Assembly (NCBI GenBank): GCA_950097015.1
Contig: CATNEN010000041.1
Coordinates: forward strand, 1,860,001-1,924,000
Reading direction: 5' to 3'
Origin: Macrostomum hystrix
Lineage: Eukaryota; Animalia; Platyhelminthes
DNA: 64,000 nucleotides
The notes beneath the pieces are model-generated. The model worked only from the letters and a program-made list of their open reading frames with translations, was not told the DNA's origin and made no database searches. This document shows positions 48,317 to 59,170 of this stretch, one piece after another. Position numbers and translations under genes: made by a program. Positions within the stretch are counted from its first letter, which is position 1. The number at the start of each line of letters is the position of its first letter.

Positions 48317-50182
48317 ATATCCTTATCGAATTTCTCGAATAGTGACTTAGATTGGCGGAAATAACATCCCCCAGTTGCAAAAGTAGCGTTCTCATCGAGA
48401 TTTCCCCCAGTTAGCGAATTTCAGAAGTTGTTCCACAATTACAGCCGGTTTCGTTCAGTTTTCTCTCAATAGCAATTTAACGGAAGCCGCTGCTGCAACT
48501 GCGATTTGAAAGTTATTTTAAGAAATCGACGTGGCGACTTTTTGTTCAGCTTCCTTGGAGAGCAATTAAACTAACGCAATTACATAGGCGGGCACAAAAA
48601 GATTTATTTCTTAGAAAGTGAGACTGTTAAAGGCGGCGGTGGCAGGGACTCCCGGCACGCCGTGCTCAATCTGAGCCTGGAATCTGAGCAGTCTGAGCCT
48701 CAGGATGCGATTAAATCTTCAGCGTCTCATTTACCTTTTTGTGCGGTTTTTTCTAAAAAAATAAATTCCACCCACTCCCGGTTCCCAGCGCAGAGGACCC
48801 CCGTCAGCTCCCGGGAATAAAAGTGGCATTTGAGCAGTCCCATTGGGATCTTTCAACCCTACTCCGGGAGCCCCCTCCGCCCCCCCCCCTATTTGCAGAC
48901 AAACGGGGCGAATTTATCATTCCGAGCCGCTTTCACAATCCGCTGTTTTAATCACATCCGCATAATGAAATGCCCCCGGCCCGGGTCACGTCTGGCCCGC
49001 CCCAATCCAAAGGGATATATTCCCGTCCCCCCTCAAATCCCCTTCAGATCCCGCTGCGGCATCCCCGATGAGAACAGTCGAAAGGCGGCGGAATATAAAT
49101 TAGCATTTTTATCCCAATCATTATTTTCCCAGCAGCCCGGCTGGCGGCCGAGTCCAGCCTCGGGGCTTCATCGCTTGGCGGACTTCGGGAGAATTTCCCC
49201 AGTTGTGGGACAGGGCCAGGGAGGGATGGAACTGGGAACTGTCCACCAGAACCCGACAGAGGCAGATTGGCGTCTCTATCACCCTAATCTGCTCACAGCA
49301 GAGACTGGCGGATGCATGTCAGCCATCGACAGGTGAGCAGAACCCAGCAACAGCATCTTCAATAGAGACTGATAAAGACAAACTAGATGTGAGATAGAGG
49401 TGAGGTGAAACCGATTTGGTGAGATAGAGGCAGATAGAGACCGATAGAGAATGAGATAGAGACTGGCGGACAATAAGATATAGGTCCAGTCGGGCAGTTA
49501 AGGGCACACATGGATTTGGCTGCAGACAGGCGGGCAGGTCAGGGTTGCAGGAACTCAGACAAATAAAAGAGTTCTTTTTGTGAAGAGGACTAACATCACA
49601 CTGTATCAATTTGATGCCCCTGACGGCAAGAAAGATCCCAGCCACTGCTTCCTCTCCCCTCTCCTCCGCCGCCTCATCCCCTGCCCGATCTCCAGCAGCC
49701 TTCGGCCTCCTGACAGGGGGATCTGAGCTAGCTTGAGAAAAAAAGAAAATTTTTCCTTCTCTTTCCCCGTGGCTGTCTCCGCGTGCTCTTCCGTCTGCAT
49801 TCATGGCCTCCCTGCGGCCATGGCAACAGGCCCCACCACCTCCCTCGCTGCAGAGACAGATTCAACCGGGTAGTCAGGGTCGAGTTTTAACCGCTGCCGC
49901 TGCTGCTGCTGCTGTGTTGCATCTCTCGAAAATGCTGCAAAAATGTTCCGCCCCTGCGGAAAATTTGAGCTTTTTTAACCCCCCCCCCGTTAAAGCCGGG
50001 AAGAAATGGGAATTGGTTTGAAATAATGGAAAACTTGACGATTCTGGCTCGCCGGGAGATATGAGCCAGCCACGGAAAATAATGCGCTGCTGAAAGTCCC
50101 TCCCCCGATGAATCGATGGAACTTGGCGCTGATTGACGGCTGCAGACAGACTTTTTCTTTTGAACGAACACAAAGTCTGTGT

Positions 50183-51150
50183 GTGAGTGAGTGGGTGAGT
50201 GAGTGAGTGAGTGAGTGAGTGAGTGAGTGAGTGAGTGAGTGAGTGAGTGAGTGAGTGAGTGAGTGAGTGAGTGAGTGAGTGAGTGAGTGAGTGGGTGGGT
50301 GAGTGAGTGAGTGAGTGAGTGAGTGAGTGAGTGAGTGGGTGAGTGAGTGAGTGGGTGAGTGAGTGAGTGAGTGAGTGAGTGAGTGAGTGGGTGAGTGAGT
50401 GAGTGGGTGAGTGAGTGAGTGAGTGAGTGAGTGAGTGAGTGGGTGGGTGAGTGAGTGGGTGAGTGAGTGAGTGAGTGAGTGAGTGAGTGGGTGAGTGAGT
50501 GAGTGAGTGAGTGAGTGAGTGAGTGAGTGAGTGAGTGAGTGAGTGAGTGAGTGGGTGAGTGAGTGAGTGGGTGAGTGAGTGAGTGAGTGAGTGAGTGAGT
50601 TAGTGAGTGAGTGAGTGAGTGAGTGAGTGAGTGAGTGGGTGAGTGAGTGAGTGAGTGAGTGAGTGAGTGAGTGAGTGAGTGGGTGAGTGAGTGAGTGAGT
50701 GAGTGGGTGAGTGAGTGAGTGAGTGAGTGAGTGGGTGAGTGAGTGAGTGAGTGAGTGAGTGAGTGGGTGAGTGAGTGAGTGAGTGAGTGAGTGAGTGAGT
50801 GAGTGAGTGAGTGAGTGAGTGGGTGAGTGAGTGAGTGGGTGAGTGAGTGAGTGAGTGAGTGAGTGAGTGAGTGGGTGAGTGAGTGAGTGAGTGAGTGAGT
50901 GAGTGAGTGAGTAGTGAGTGAGTGAGTGAGTGATTGAGTGAGTGAGTGAGTGAGTGAGTGAGTGAGTGAGTGAGTGAGTGAGTGAGTGAGTGAGTGATTG
51001 AGTGAGTGAGTGAGTGAGTGAGTGAGTGAGTGAGTGGGTGAGTGAGTGAGTGGGTGAGTGAGTGAGTGAGTGAGTGAGTGAGTGAGTGAGTGAGTGAGTG
51101 GGTGAGTGAGTGAGTGGGTGAGTGAGTGAGTGAGTGAGTGAGTGAGTGAG
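50183..51150. repeat. (GAGT)n tetranucleotide microsatellite, about 1 kb
   Basis: GAGT units with occasional GGGT. Confidence 0.97.
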
Positions 51151-51154
51151 TGTC

Positions 51155-51450
51155 ATGTCAGGTAGGTGGAGACAGCAGCTGTCAGGTAGGTGGAGACAGC
51201 AGCTGTCAGGTAGGTGGAGACAGCAGCTGTCAGGTAGGTGGAGACAGCAGCTGTCAGGTAGGTGGAGACAGCAGCTGTCAGGTAGGTGGAGACAGCAGCT
51301 GTCAGGTAGGTGGAGACAGCAGCTGTCAGGTAGGTGGAGACAGCAGCTGTCAGGTAGGTGGAGACAGCAGCTGTCAGGTAGGTGGAGACAGCAGCTGTCA
51401 GGTAGGTGGAGACAGCAGCTGTCAGGTAGGTGGAGACAGTAGCTGTCAGG
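51155..51450. repeat. 24-bp minisatellite, copy 2 (same unit and orientation as 44225-44948)
   Basis: About 12 nearly invariant GACAGCAGCTGTCAGGTAGGTGGA units. Confidence 0.95.
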
Positions 51451-52589
51451 TCGGTGTCCTGAGCTATCAAGTCTCTGGAAACAGTTCAAGATGAGTCGGT
51501 CTGCCTGGAGTCTGGGGGTTGGGAACAATGGGTCGCATGCAGCCGCTCATTCAAAGGCGGTTGCGCGTGTGACGGGAAGCTGGGAAATTGGAGGGCCGGA
51601 TGATGGAGCATAGGTGGGGAGCGCAGAGAATCCTGAGTTGGGAAATTTGAGAACGGGAATAAATAGAATTAGGGCAGTGGGTAGTCCTGGCGGCTCCCTG
51701 CATCTTTTATCGCCGGGCAAGAAATGCGCATCAGGAAAGATGCAACAGGCAGAGCTCTCAAAACATGAGGATCTCGTCCATGACTGATGGGTCATCCCGG
51801 ACCCGCTGGTTCAAAGGATTGCGCAGACTTTCTTGGGAGACTGAGATGCTCCAGTATGCTGCACTGAGCACTGCTCAGCTTATTTGAGCACTGCCCGTGA
51901 GGCTTTTTCAGACTGAGCTCGAGAGCTGAGCTGGCCCGGGGGATATTTCTCCCACTCCGGCCTGTTATTCTGTTCTGTAGAAGGGAAAACTGCTTGGGAG
52001 ATTTCAGAAATATACTTCCAGGCTCTCCGAGTTAGTGCCTCAGGCTGCAAAAACAGCTCAGGTAATTGTGACGAACAGCCTCAAAGATTGGCGAATTGGA
52101 ACAGTTCAACCGGCTGGACTCGGCTCAGGCAGTGACACTGCTCAAGGTTAAACTCGGCTCAGGGAGAGGCAATTCAGAGAGTGATGCTGGCATTAGAGTC
52201 GCCTTGCTGAGGCGGTTGCTAGGCGGTTGCCATGTGAGCAGTGCAGCAGCTACCAGAAACCGCAAGAAGCTGCATCACTGTTTTCCTCTTTCCTATGCTA
52301 GCAGCCCACCAGAAATTTTCATGTGAATTTCACGGCCAAGCAAAATTAAGTCGCAGTCAGCGTGAGCAGTGTGAGCAGGCCTCTGTTTGCTCAGCTTCTG
52401 CAAACCGATGGAGAGGACGAGGCCGCAGCTCATCCTACAATTGATTTGATGCCAAGTTTCGGTTTTTGGTGTCTCCCCACTGTTTGCTGCGGTTCAATTT
52501 TCAGCAGCAAAGCCAAAGACTACTGAAGACTTTCACCTCAGGACTCTCAATTGTAAGATGGGACTCTCGCCTGTTAGACGAGCCTCTCA

Positions 52590-53445
52590 ACTGTCACCTG
52601 TTAGACAGCACTGTCACCTGTTAGACAGCACTGTCACCTGTTAGACAGCACTGTCACCTTTCAGACAACACTGTCACCTGTTAGACAGCACTGTCACCTG
52701 TTAGACAGCACTGTCACCTTTCAGACAACACTGTCACCTGTTAGACAGCACTGTCACCTTTCAGACAACACTGTCACCTGTTAGACAGCACTGTCACCTT
52801 TCAGACAACACTGTCACCTGTTAGACAGCACTGTCACCTTTCAGACAACACTGTCACCTGTTAGACAGCACTGTCACCTGTTAGACAGCACTGTCACCTG
52901 TTAGACAGCACTGTCACCTGTTAGACAGCACTGTCACCTGTTAGACAGCACTGTCACCTGTTAGACAGCACTGTCACCTGTTAGACAACACTGTCACCTG
53001 TTAGACAGCACTGTCACCTGTTAGACAGCACTGTCACCTGTTAGACAGCACTGTCACCTGTTAGACAGCACTGTCACCTGTTAGACAGCACTGTCACCTG
53101 TTAGACAGCACTGTCACCTGTTAGACAGCACTGTCACCTGTTAGACAGCACTGTCACCTGTTAGACAGCACTGTCACCTGTTAGACAACACTGTCACCTG
53201 TTAGACAGCACTGTCACCTGTTAGACAGCACTGTCACCTTTCAGACAACACTGTCACCTGTTAGACAGCACTGTCACCTGTTAGACAGCACTGTCACCTG
53301 TTAGACAGCACTGTCACCTGTTAGACAGCACTGTCACCTGTTAGACAGCACTGTCACCTGTTAGACAGCACTGTCACCTGTTAGACAGCACTGTCACCTG
53401 TTAGACAGCACTGTCACCTGTTAGACAGCACTGTCACCTGTTAGA
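52590..53445. repeat. 20-bp minisatellite
   Basis: Unit CTGTCACCTGTTAGACAGCA, with variant CTGTCACCTTTCAGACAACA. Confidence 0.95.
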
Positions 53446-53734
53446 CAATAGAATCAATTGAATGACTCAAGGCAGAGTAAAATAATCAGCAGCAATTAGT
53501 TTATTCTATTTCATCTTTGATTTTCTGCATTGCTCGGACAGACAGAGAAAGTGGAGCTAAACAGCTGGCAATGCCAGGAAAATTGCCAGGGGACAGCAAG
53601 AGGCTGAAAGTGAGGCACAGACACAGAAGGGAGTTAGGCATTGACACTCTAAGCTGTGGGATTCTGGGATTCTGAGGGTTAGATTAGCTGCGAGATGGAC
53701 TGAATAGTCAACCTATTTGGCAGGGTGTCTGATC

Positions 53735-54080
53735 TGATCTATGCCCGATCTGTCAGACTGATTTCCGATCTGTCAGACGGATTTCTGATCTGTCAGACTG
53801 ATTTCTGATCTGTCAGACGGATTTCCGATCTGTCAGACGGATTTCCGATCTGTCAGACGGATTTCTGATCTGTCAGACGGATTTCTGATCTGTCAGACGG
53901 ATTTCCGATCGGTCAGACGGATTTCTGATCTGTCAGACGGATTTCTGATCTGTCAGACGGATTTCTGATCTGTCAGACGGATTTCTAATCTGTCAGACGG
54001 ATTTCTGATCTGTCAGACGGATTTCTGATCTGTCAGACGGATTTCTAATCTGTCAGACGGATTTCTGATCTGTCAGACGG
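53735..54080. repeat. 20-bp minisatellite just downstream of the KCTD-like stop
   Basis: Unit TCTGTCAGACGGATTTCTGA. Confidence 0.93.
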
Positions 54081-54150
54081 ATTGGATCAGCAGCCATTAC
54101 CCGAGCAATCTGGAGTGGAACAAGCAGTTAGTCCAGCAGGCGGGGCCGGC

Positions 54151-54879
54151 TCAGGCCCGCACGAACACGAACTCATTGTAGTGCTGCCATTTGGTCTCCT
54201 CGTTGTCCTGGCCGGGCTTCACATCCGTCATGCTGCTGTTGGTGCCCGAGCCGCAGGACCCGACCATGCAGAAGCCGGCGTCATACAGCATCTCGAAGGC
54301 CTGCTCCAGCACCGAGTGCTTCAGGAAGAACCGGCTGGTGTACCGGTCGTCCTCACCGCGGTCCGGGTCGCGGCTCTCGTTCAGCGTGTCGCCGAACACC
54401 TGGCGGCAGGCGGACACCCGGCCGGCCACCAGGATGCGCGTCAGCTTGCGGAACTTCACGTCGGCGAGGCCGTCGCGGCCGAAGGCGAAGGTGCCGCGGT
54501 AGCCGACGGTGATGCAGGCGGAGGGGGAGGCGGTGGCGCCGCAGACGCCCCGGTCCAGCGCGGCCGCAGCGCCCTGCAGTCCGTAGAAGGCGGCCTCCTG
54601 CCGGAGCCGGCTGCGGCCGGAGAAGTCGGCGGGCAGGTGGAACCCGGCCGGCCGGTCGCGCAGGTAGTTCAGCAGCTGTCCGAACGCCGGGCCGTCCCGG
54701 TCGATGAAGAAGCGGCCCGCCGAGTCCCTGGGCAGGTGCTTGGCAGGGTCTCCACTAAACCAGTCGGTCAGGCGGCTGCCGCGCTCGCTGCACAGGGTGG
54801 CGCGGCTGCAGCTGAAGTGGCTGCCGCCGACGTTCAGCTCGATGACGCCAGCGGCCCAGTCCTCTGGCTGCGTTGCCAT
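54151..54879 (-). CDS. KCTD12: BTB/POZ (T1-type) + H1 domain protein, KCTD8/12/16 family (Drosophila Ktl-like), intronless, 242 aa from ATG 54879
   Basis: BTB: IELNVGGSHF..SRATL...SRL..WF...DSAGRFFIDRDG..F..LLNYLRD...RLRQEAAFYGL. H1: ITVGYRGTFAFGRDGLADVKFRKLTRILVAGRV..CRQVFGDTLNESRDPD...RYTSRFFLKH..LEQAF...HYNEFVFVR. There is no H2 domain. An in-frame upstream ATG at 55134 could add 85 aa. Confidence 0.9.
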   Translation of the reverse strand: MATQPEDWAAGVIELNVGGSHFSCSRATLCSERGSRLTDWFSGDPAKHLPRDSAGRFFIDRDGPAFGQLLNYLRDRPAGFHLPADFSGRSRLRQEAAFYGLQGAAAALDRGVCGATASPSACITVGYRGTFAFGRDGLADVKFRKLTRILVAGRVSACRQVFGDTLNESRDPDRGEDDRYTSRFFLKHSVLEQAFEMLYDAGFCMVGSCGSGTNSSMTDVKPGQDNEETKWQHYNEFVFVRA

Positions 54880-55537
54880 GCGGTTGCCACGGGCGGCTTT
54901 GGACGGAAGAGTTGCGGGGACGGAGCCGAAGAAGCCAAAAATATTCCTCTGCTTTTCTGCTCGATTGCTAATTAGCTCGCCCGGAGACTGGAAATTCTCC
55001 CTCCGGCTCCCATCCTCCCCTGAAACCGATTTATAGACCACACTTTGGGATCTCTGCCCCCCCAGCGTGTTCCCCGCTCCCGGAGTACAGCCGGCCAGCC
55101 AGTCAGGCGCTGCTGCCGCACCCACCCCCGCCATCACTTTCTCACTTTCACCTGGCCGCGCAGCCGATGAGGAGCCGCAGCGGGCGGTCATAAATCATCC
55201 CCGACTTCATTCAGCTTCCATGCAGAGCAATACGGGACCGAGGAGCCGCAGCTCCCCGAGCCTCTCCTTGGTCGCGGCGGTCCCGGCCCGACAGCTGGAC
55301 TGGCGGGGCGGCGCGGAGGAAGTGCCGAGAGCAGGCCAGGAAGGGGGTTGGAGGAAGGGGATAAGAGCAGCGGAGGGTTGGGGCAGATCCCACTGGCTAA
55401 GCAATATCCTCTGCCGCTTCCCCCGCCCGTTCCGGCCGTCTCGCACTGGGTCAGCTCAAATTTCGCATCGATTTCCGCGTCATGCAGCGACGGGGGCATC
55501 GAGGGGGGCGACTTGGTTGAGAAGGCAGCAACGGCAG

Positions 55538-55953
55538 CAGCAGCAGCTGGGGCTTGTCATTCTGTGTGAAGATGCAGGCAGGCAAGCAGCAGCTGGGGCT
55601 TGTCATTCTGTGTGAAGATGCAGGCAGGCAAGCAGCAGCTGGGGCTTGTCATTCTGTGTGAAGATGCAGGCAGGCAAGCAGCAGCTGGGGCTTGTCATTC
55701 TGTGTGAAGATGCAGGCAGGCAAGCAGCAGCTGGGGCTTGTCATTCTGTGTGAAGATGCAGGCAGGCAAGCAGCAGCTGGGGCTTGTCATTCTGTGTGAA
55801 GATGCAGGCAGGCAAGCAGCAGCTGGGGCTTGTCATTCTGTGTGAAGATGCAGGCAGGCAAGCAGCAGCTGGGGCTTGTCATTCTGTGTGAAGATGCAGG
55901 CAGGCAAGCAGCAGCTGGGGCTTGTCATTCTGTGTGAAGATGCAGGCAGGCAA
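55538..55953. repeat. 46-bp minisatellite upstream of the KCTD-like gene
   Basis: About 9 copies of GCAGCAGCTGGGGCTTGTCATTCTGTGTGAAGATGCAGGCAGGCAA. Confidence 0.95.
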
Positions 55954-56434
55954 GTCTCTCCCTTCTAGTCGCTGCTGCTTCTGAGGTAAAAGCAAACACC
56001 GCAAGCAGAAACAATGCGCGCCTGGCCCCGTGGAAAATCCCATTGTGCCTGCGCGTGACTGACAATGCGCGCCTAGACGGAAAAGTTGCGAGCCAGCTGT
56101 GAGCGAGGCTGTGCTGGTGGGCAGGGGTCATTGCGGGACAAGATTTGAGCCTCAGTCGAGGAAAATCTTTTGACAGACGGAAATGCGAGTAGCGAGTAGA
56201 GAATGCTGCAATGCATTCCTACTTACCCCATCTCAAAGCAGAGTTCAGATTGCTACATTGGAGCTCTGTAGGCAGGTGTTGCATTTCAGTTAAATGGGCT
56301 TCATCCTACTCAGGTGGCCCAGTGCACAACAGGGATCTCTAATTCGCTAATCAATCAGAGTCTGTGTCACATGTTCATCTTTGTGATCTGCCTCGCAAAG
56401 GGCAAACTATATAATTAAAAAGGGCATTTTGAAT

Positions 56435-57475
56435 ACCTGCCTGCATCCACTTACCAACTGTGCAACCCCCCTGCATCCACTTACCAACTGTGCAACCCCC
56501 CTGCATCCCCTTACCAACTGTGCAACCCCCCTGCATCCACTTACCAACTGTGCAACCCCCCTGCATCCCCTTAACAACTGTGCAACCCCCCTGCATCCAC
56601 TTACCAACTGTGCAACCCCCCTGCATCCACTTACCAACTGTGCAACCCCCCTGCATCCCCTTACCAACTGTGCAACCCCCCTGCATCCACTTACCAACTG
56701 TGCAACCCCCCTGCATCCACTTACCAACTGTGCAACCCCCCTGCATCCCCTTACCAACTGTGCAACCCCCCTGCATCCACTTACCAACTGTGCAACCCCC
56801 CTGCATCCCCTTACCAACTGTGCAACCCCCCTGCATCTCCTTACCAACTGTGCAACCCCCCTGCATCCCCTTACCAACTGTGCAACCCCCCTGCATCCCT
56901 TTACCAACTGTGCAACCCCCCTGCATCCCCTTACCAACTGTGCAACCCCCCTGCATCCCCTTACCAACTGTGCAACCCCCCTGCATCCCCTTACCAACTG
57001 TGCAACCCCCCTGCATCCCCTTACCAACTGTGCAACCCCCCTGCATCCCCTTACCAACTGTGCAACCCCCCTGCATCCCCTTACCAACTGTGCAACCCCC
57101 CTGCATCCCCTTACCAACTGTGCAACCCCCCTGCATCCCCTTACCAACTGTGCAACCCCCCTGCATCTCCTTACCAACTGTGCAACCCCCCTGCATCCCC
57201 TTACCAACTGTGCAACCCCCCTGCATCCCTTTACCAACTGTGCAACCCCCCTGCATCCCCTTACCAACTGTGCAACCCCCCTGCATCCACTTACCAACTG
57301 TGCAACCCCCCTGCATCCCCTTACCAACTGTGCAACCCCCTGCATCCCCTTACCAACTGTGCAACCCCCTGCATCCCCTTACCAACTGTGCAACCCCCCT
57401 GCATCCCCACCAACTGTGCAACCCCCCTGCATCCCCACCAACTGTGCAACCCCCCTGCATCCCCTTACCAACTGT
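56435..57475. repeat. 30-bp minisatellite
   Basis: Unit CTGTGCAACCCCCCTGCATCCCCTTACCAA. Confidence 0.95.
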
Positions 57476-57939
57476 GCTTATAAGCTTATTATATTGGCTT
57501 ATAATTTCATATTTCAGCCCATTTCACAATCCATAGGTACTGTATGGATTTTGAAACTCCTCTTTTATCCCAAAAGACGTGGCGCGCCCTGCCCCGGGTC
57601 AAATCCTAGTTCAGCGGTGGGTGCCGAGGAAACATGCTTTTGCAATATGGCGTTTTGCTTATGCAGACGGCAGGGATGCTGCAGTGGAGACGGGAATCAG
57701 ATACCGCTTATTTGTGATTTGGGAATCACAACCGAACGTCTGAATTTGTGCTTTTAGAAAGGATAACCCATTTAGGGAGTCATTTGGCTTGGCTTTGAAT
57801 TCAGCCTGAAGGGCATCATTTTGGGATAGTAACGGGATGAAATTGAGGATCTGGGTCCGAGAAAAAAGTAGGAGAATTGAGGGTGGTTGCCGTGCTACCG
57901 AGATTGATAAGGGAGAGTGGGATGGCTGCCAAGTAACAG

Positions 57940-58320
57940 AGAAGGAGTGGGTTGGCTACCGAGGGACAGAAAGAGGAGTGGGGTGGCTGCCGAGTGACGG
58001 AGGAGTGGCGTGGTTGCCGCGTGACAGAGAAGGAGGAGTGGGGTGGCTGCCGAGTGACAGAAAGAGGAGTGGGGTGGCTGCCGAGTGACGGAGGAGTGGC
58101 GTGGTTGCCGCGTGACAGAGAAGGAGGAGTGGGGTGGTTGCCGCGTGACAGAGAAGGAGGAGTGGGGTGTCTGCCGAGTGACAGAGAAGGAGTGGGTGGC
58201 TGCCGAGTGATAGAGAAGGAGTGAGGGGTAGGCTGTCTAGGCGTAGACAAGAAAGAGTGGAGATAGAGAGAAGGGGTGGGGTGGCTCTAAAGGGCAAAGA
58301 GTGGGGTGGCTGCAAAAGAA
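57940..58320. repeat. Imperfect G-rich minisatellite (GGAGTGGGGTGG family, + orientation)
   Basis: GAGGAGTGGGGTGGCTGCCGAGTGACAGA-like units. Confidence 0.8.
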
Positions 58321-58769
58321 CAGGAATGAAAAAAGGAATAAGAATGGCGCGTGGTGGTGCAAATAGAATGAAAAAAATTCATTTCTCATTTTCCCGCTTC
58401 CGAAGCTGGCAAAGCGTGCGCCTCGCTTGTTCTTATTCCTTATGTAGTTACTTTATCTGAAGTTCGATGGATGGTGAGGAGCCGAACACAGTTCGTCACA
58501 AGCTTGAGATGTTTTATCCGAGCTATATTTTTCTTTAAAAGTAAGCAGATCAGCCGTTTCTTTACAATTATCTCAATGATTCCAATGCTTCTACTTAACA
58601 AAACGAGTAGTGTCCCAAGATATATAAAAATTTTCGTGAGAAAGATTAGTAAGCGCGAGTTTCGAGATTTCGAAGAGTAGAGTTAGTATTTTATTGATAG
58701 TAACACAAAAAAATCTCCACTTACTTCTTCAATCTAATCCGCCTGTCTTCCCGACTTTTCTTTGTCTTT

Positions 58770-59075
58770 CTGCAACAACCCCACTCCTCCTCTCTGTCTT
58801 TCTGCAGCAACCCCACTCCCCCTCTCTGTCTTTCTTCAGCAATCCCACTCCTCCTCTCTGTCTTTCTGCAGCAACCCCACTCCTCCTCTCTGTTTTTCTG
58901 CAGCAACCCCACTCCTCCTCTCTGTCTTTCTGCAGCAACCCCACTCCTCCTCTCTGTCTTTCTGCAGCAACCCCACTCCTCCTCTCTGTCTTTCTGCAGC
59001 AACTCCACTCCTCCTCTCTGTCTTTCTGCAGCAACCCCACTCCTCCTCTCTGTCTTTCTGCAGCAACCCCACTTC
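58770..59075. repeat. 32-bp minisatellite (GGAGTGGGGT family, - orientation)
   Basis: Unit CTGCAGCAACCCCACTCCTCCTCTCTGTCTTT. Confidence 0.92.
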
Positions 59076-59170
59076 CGCCTGTCCCTGCGCACCAACCCCT
59101 TTTCTTTACTCTCCCTCCTACTCCAATCCGAATCCATGCTGCCAGCCCGCCATGGTCCATGCCCTGTTAG

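Noticed and set aside
49990-51528. 512-aa (HSLT)n / (HLPDSCCL)n His/Cys-rich protein
   Set aside because: It is read-through of the (GAGT)n microsatellite and the 24-bp array.
54082-54975. Plus-strand 297-aa ORF, and similar antisense ORFs at 22451-23086 and 39989-40762
   Set aside because: These are shadows of GC-rich true coding exons on the opposite strand and show no recognisable motifs.
56375-57757. Cys/Gly-rich repeat ORFs on both strands
   Set aside because: A 30-bp minisatellite is open in multiple frames, with no unique coding flanks.
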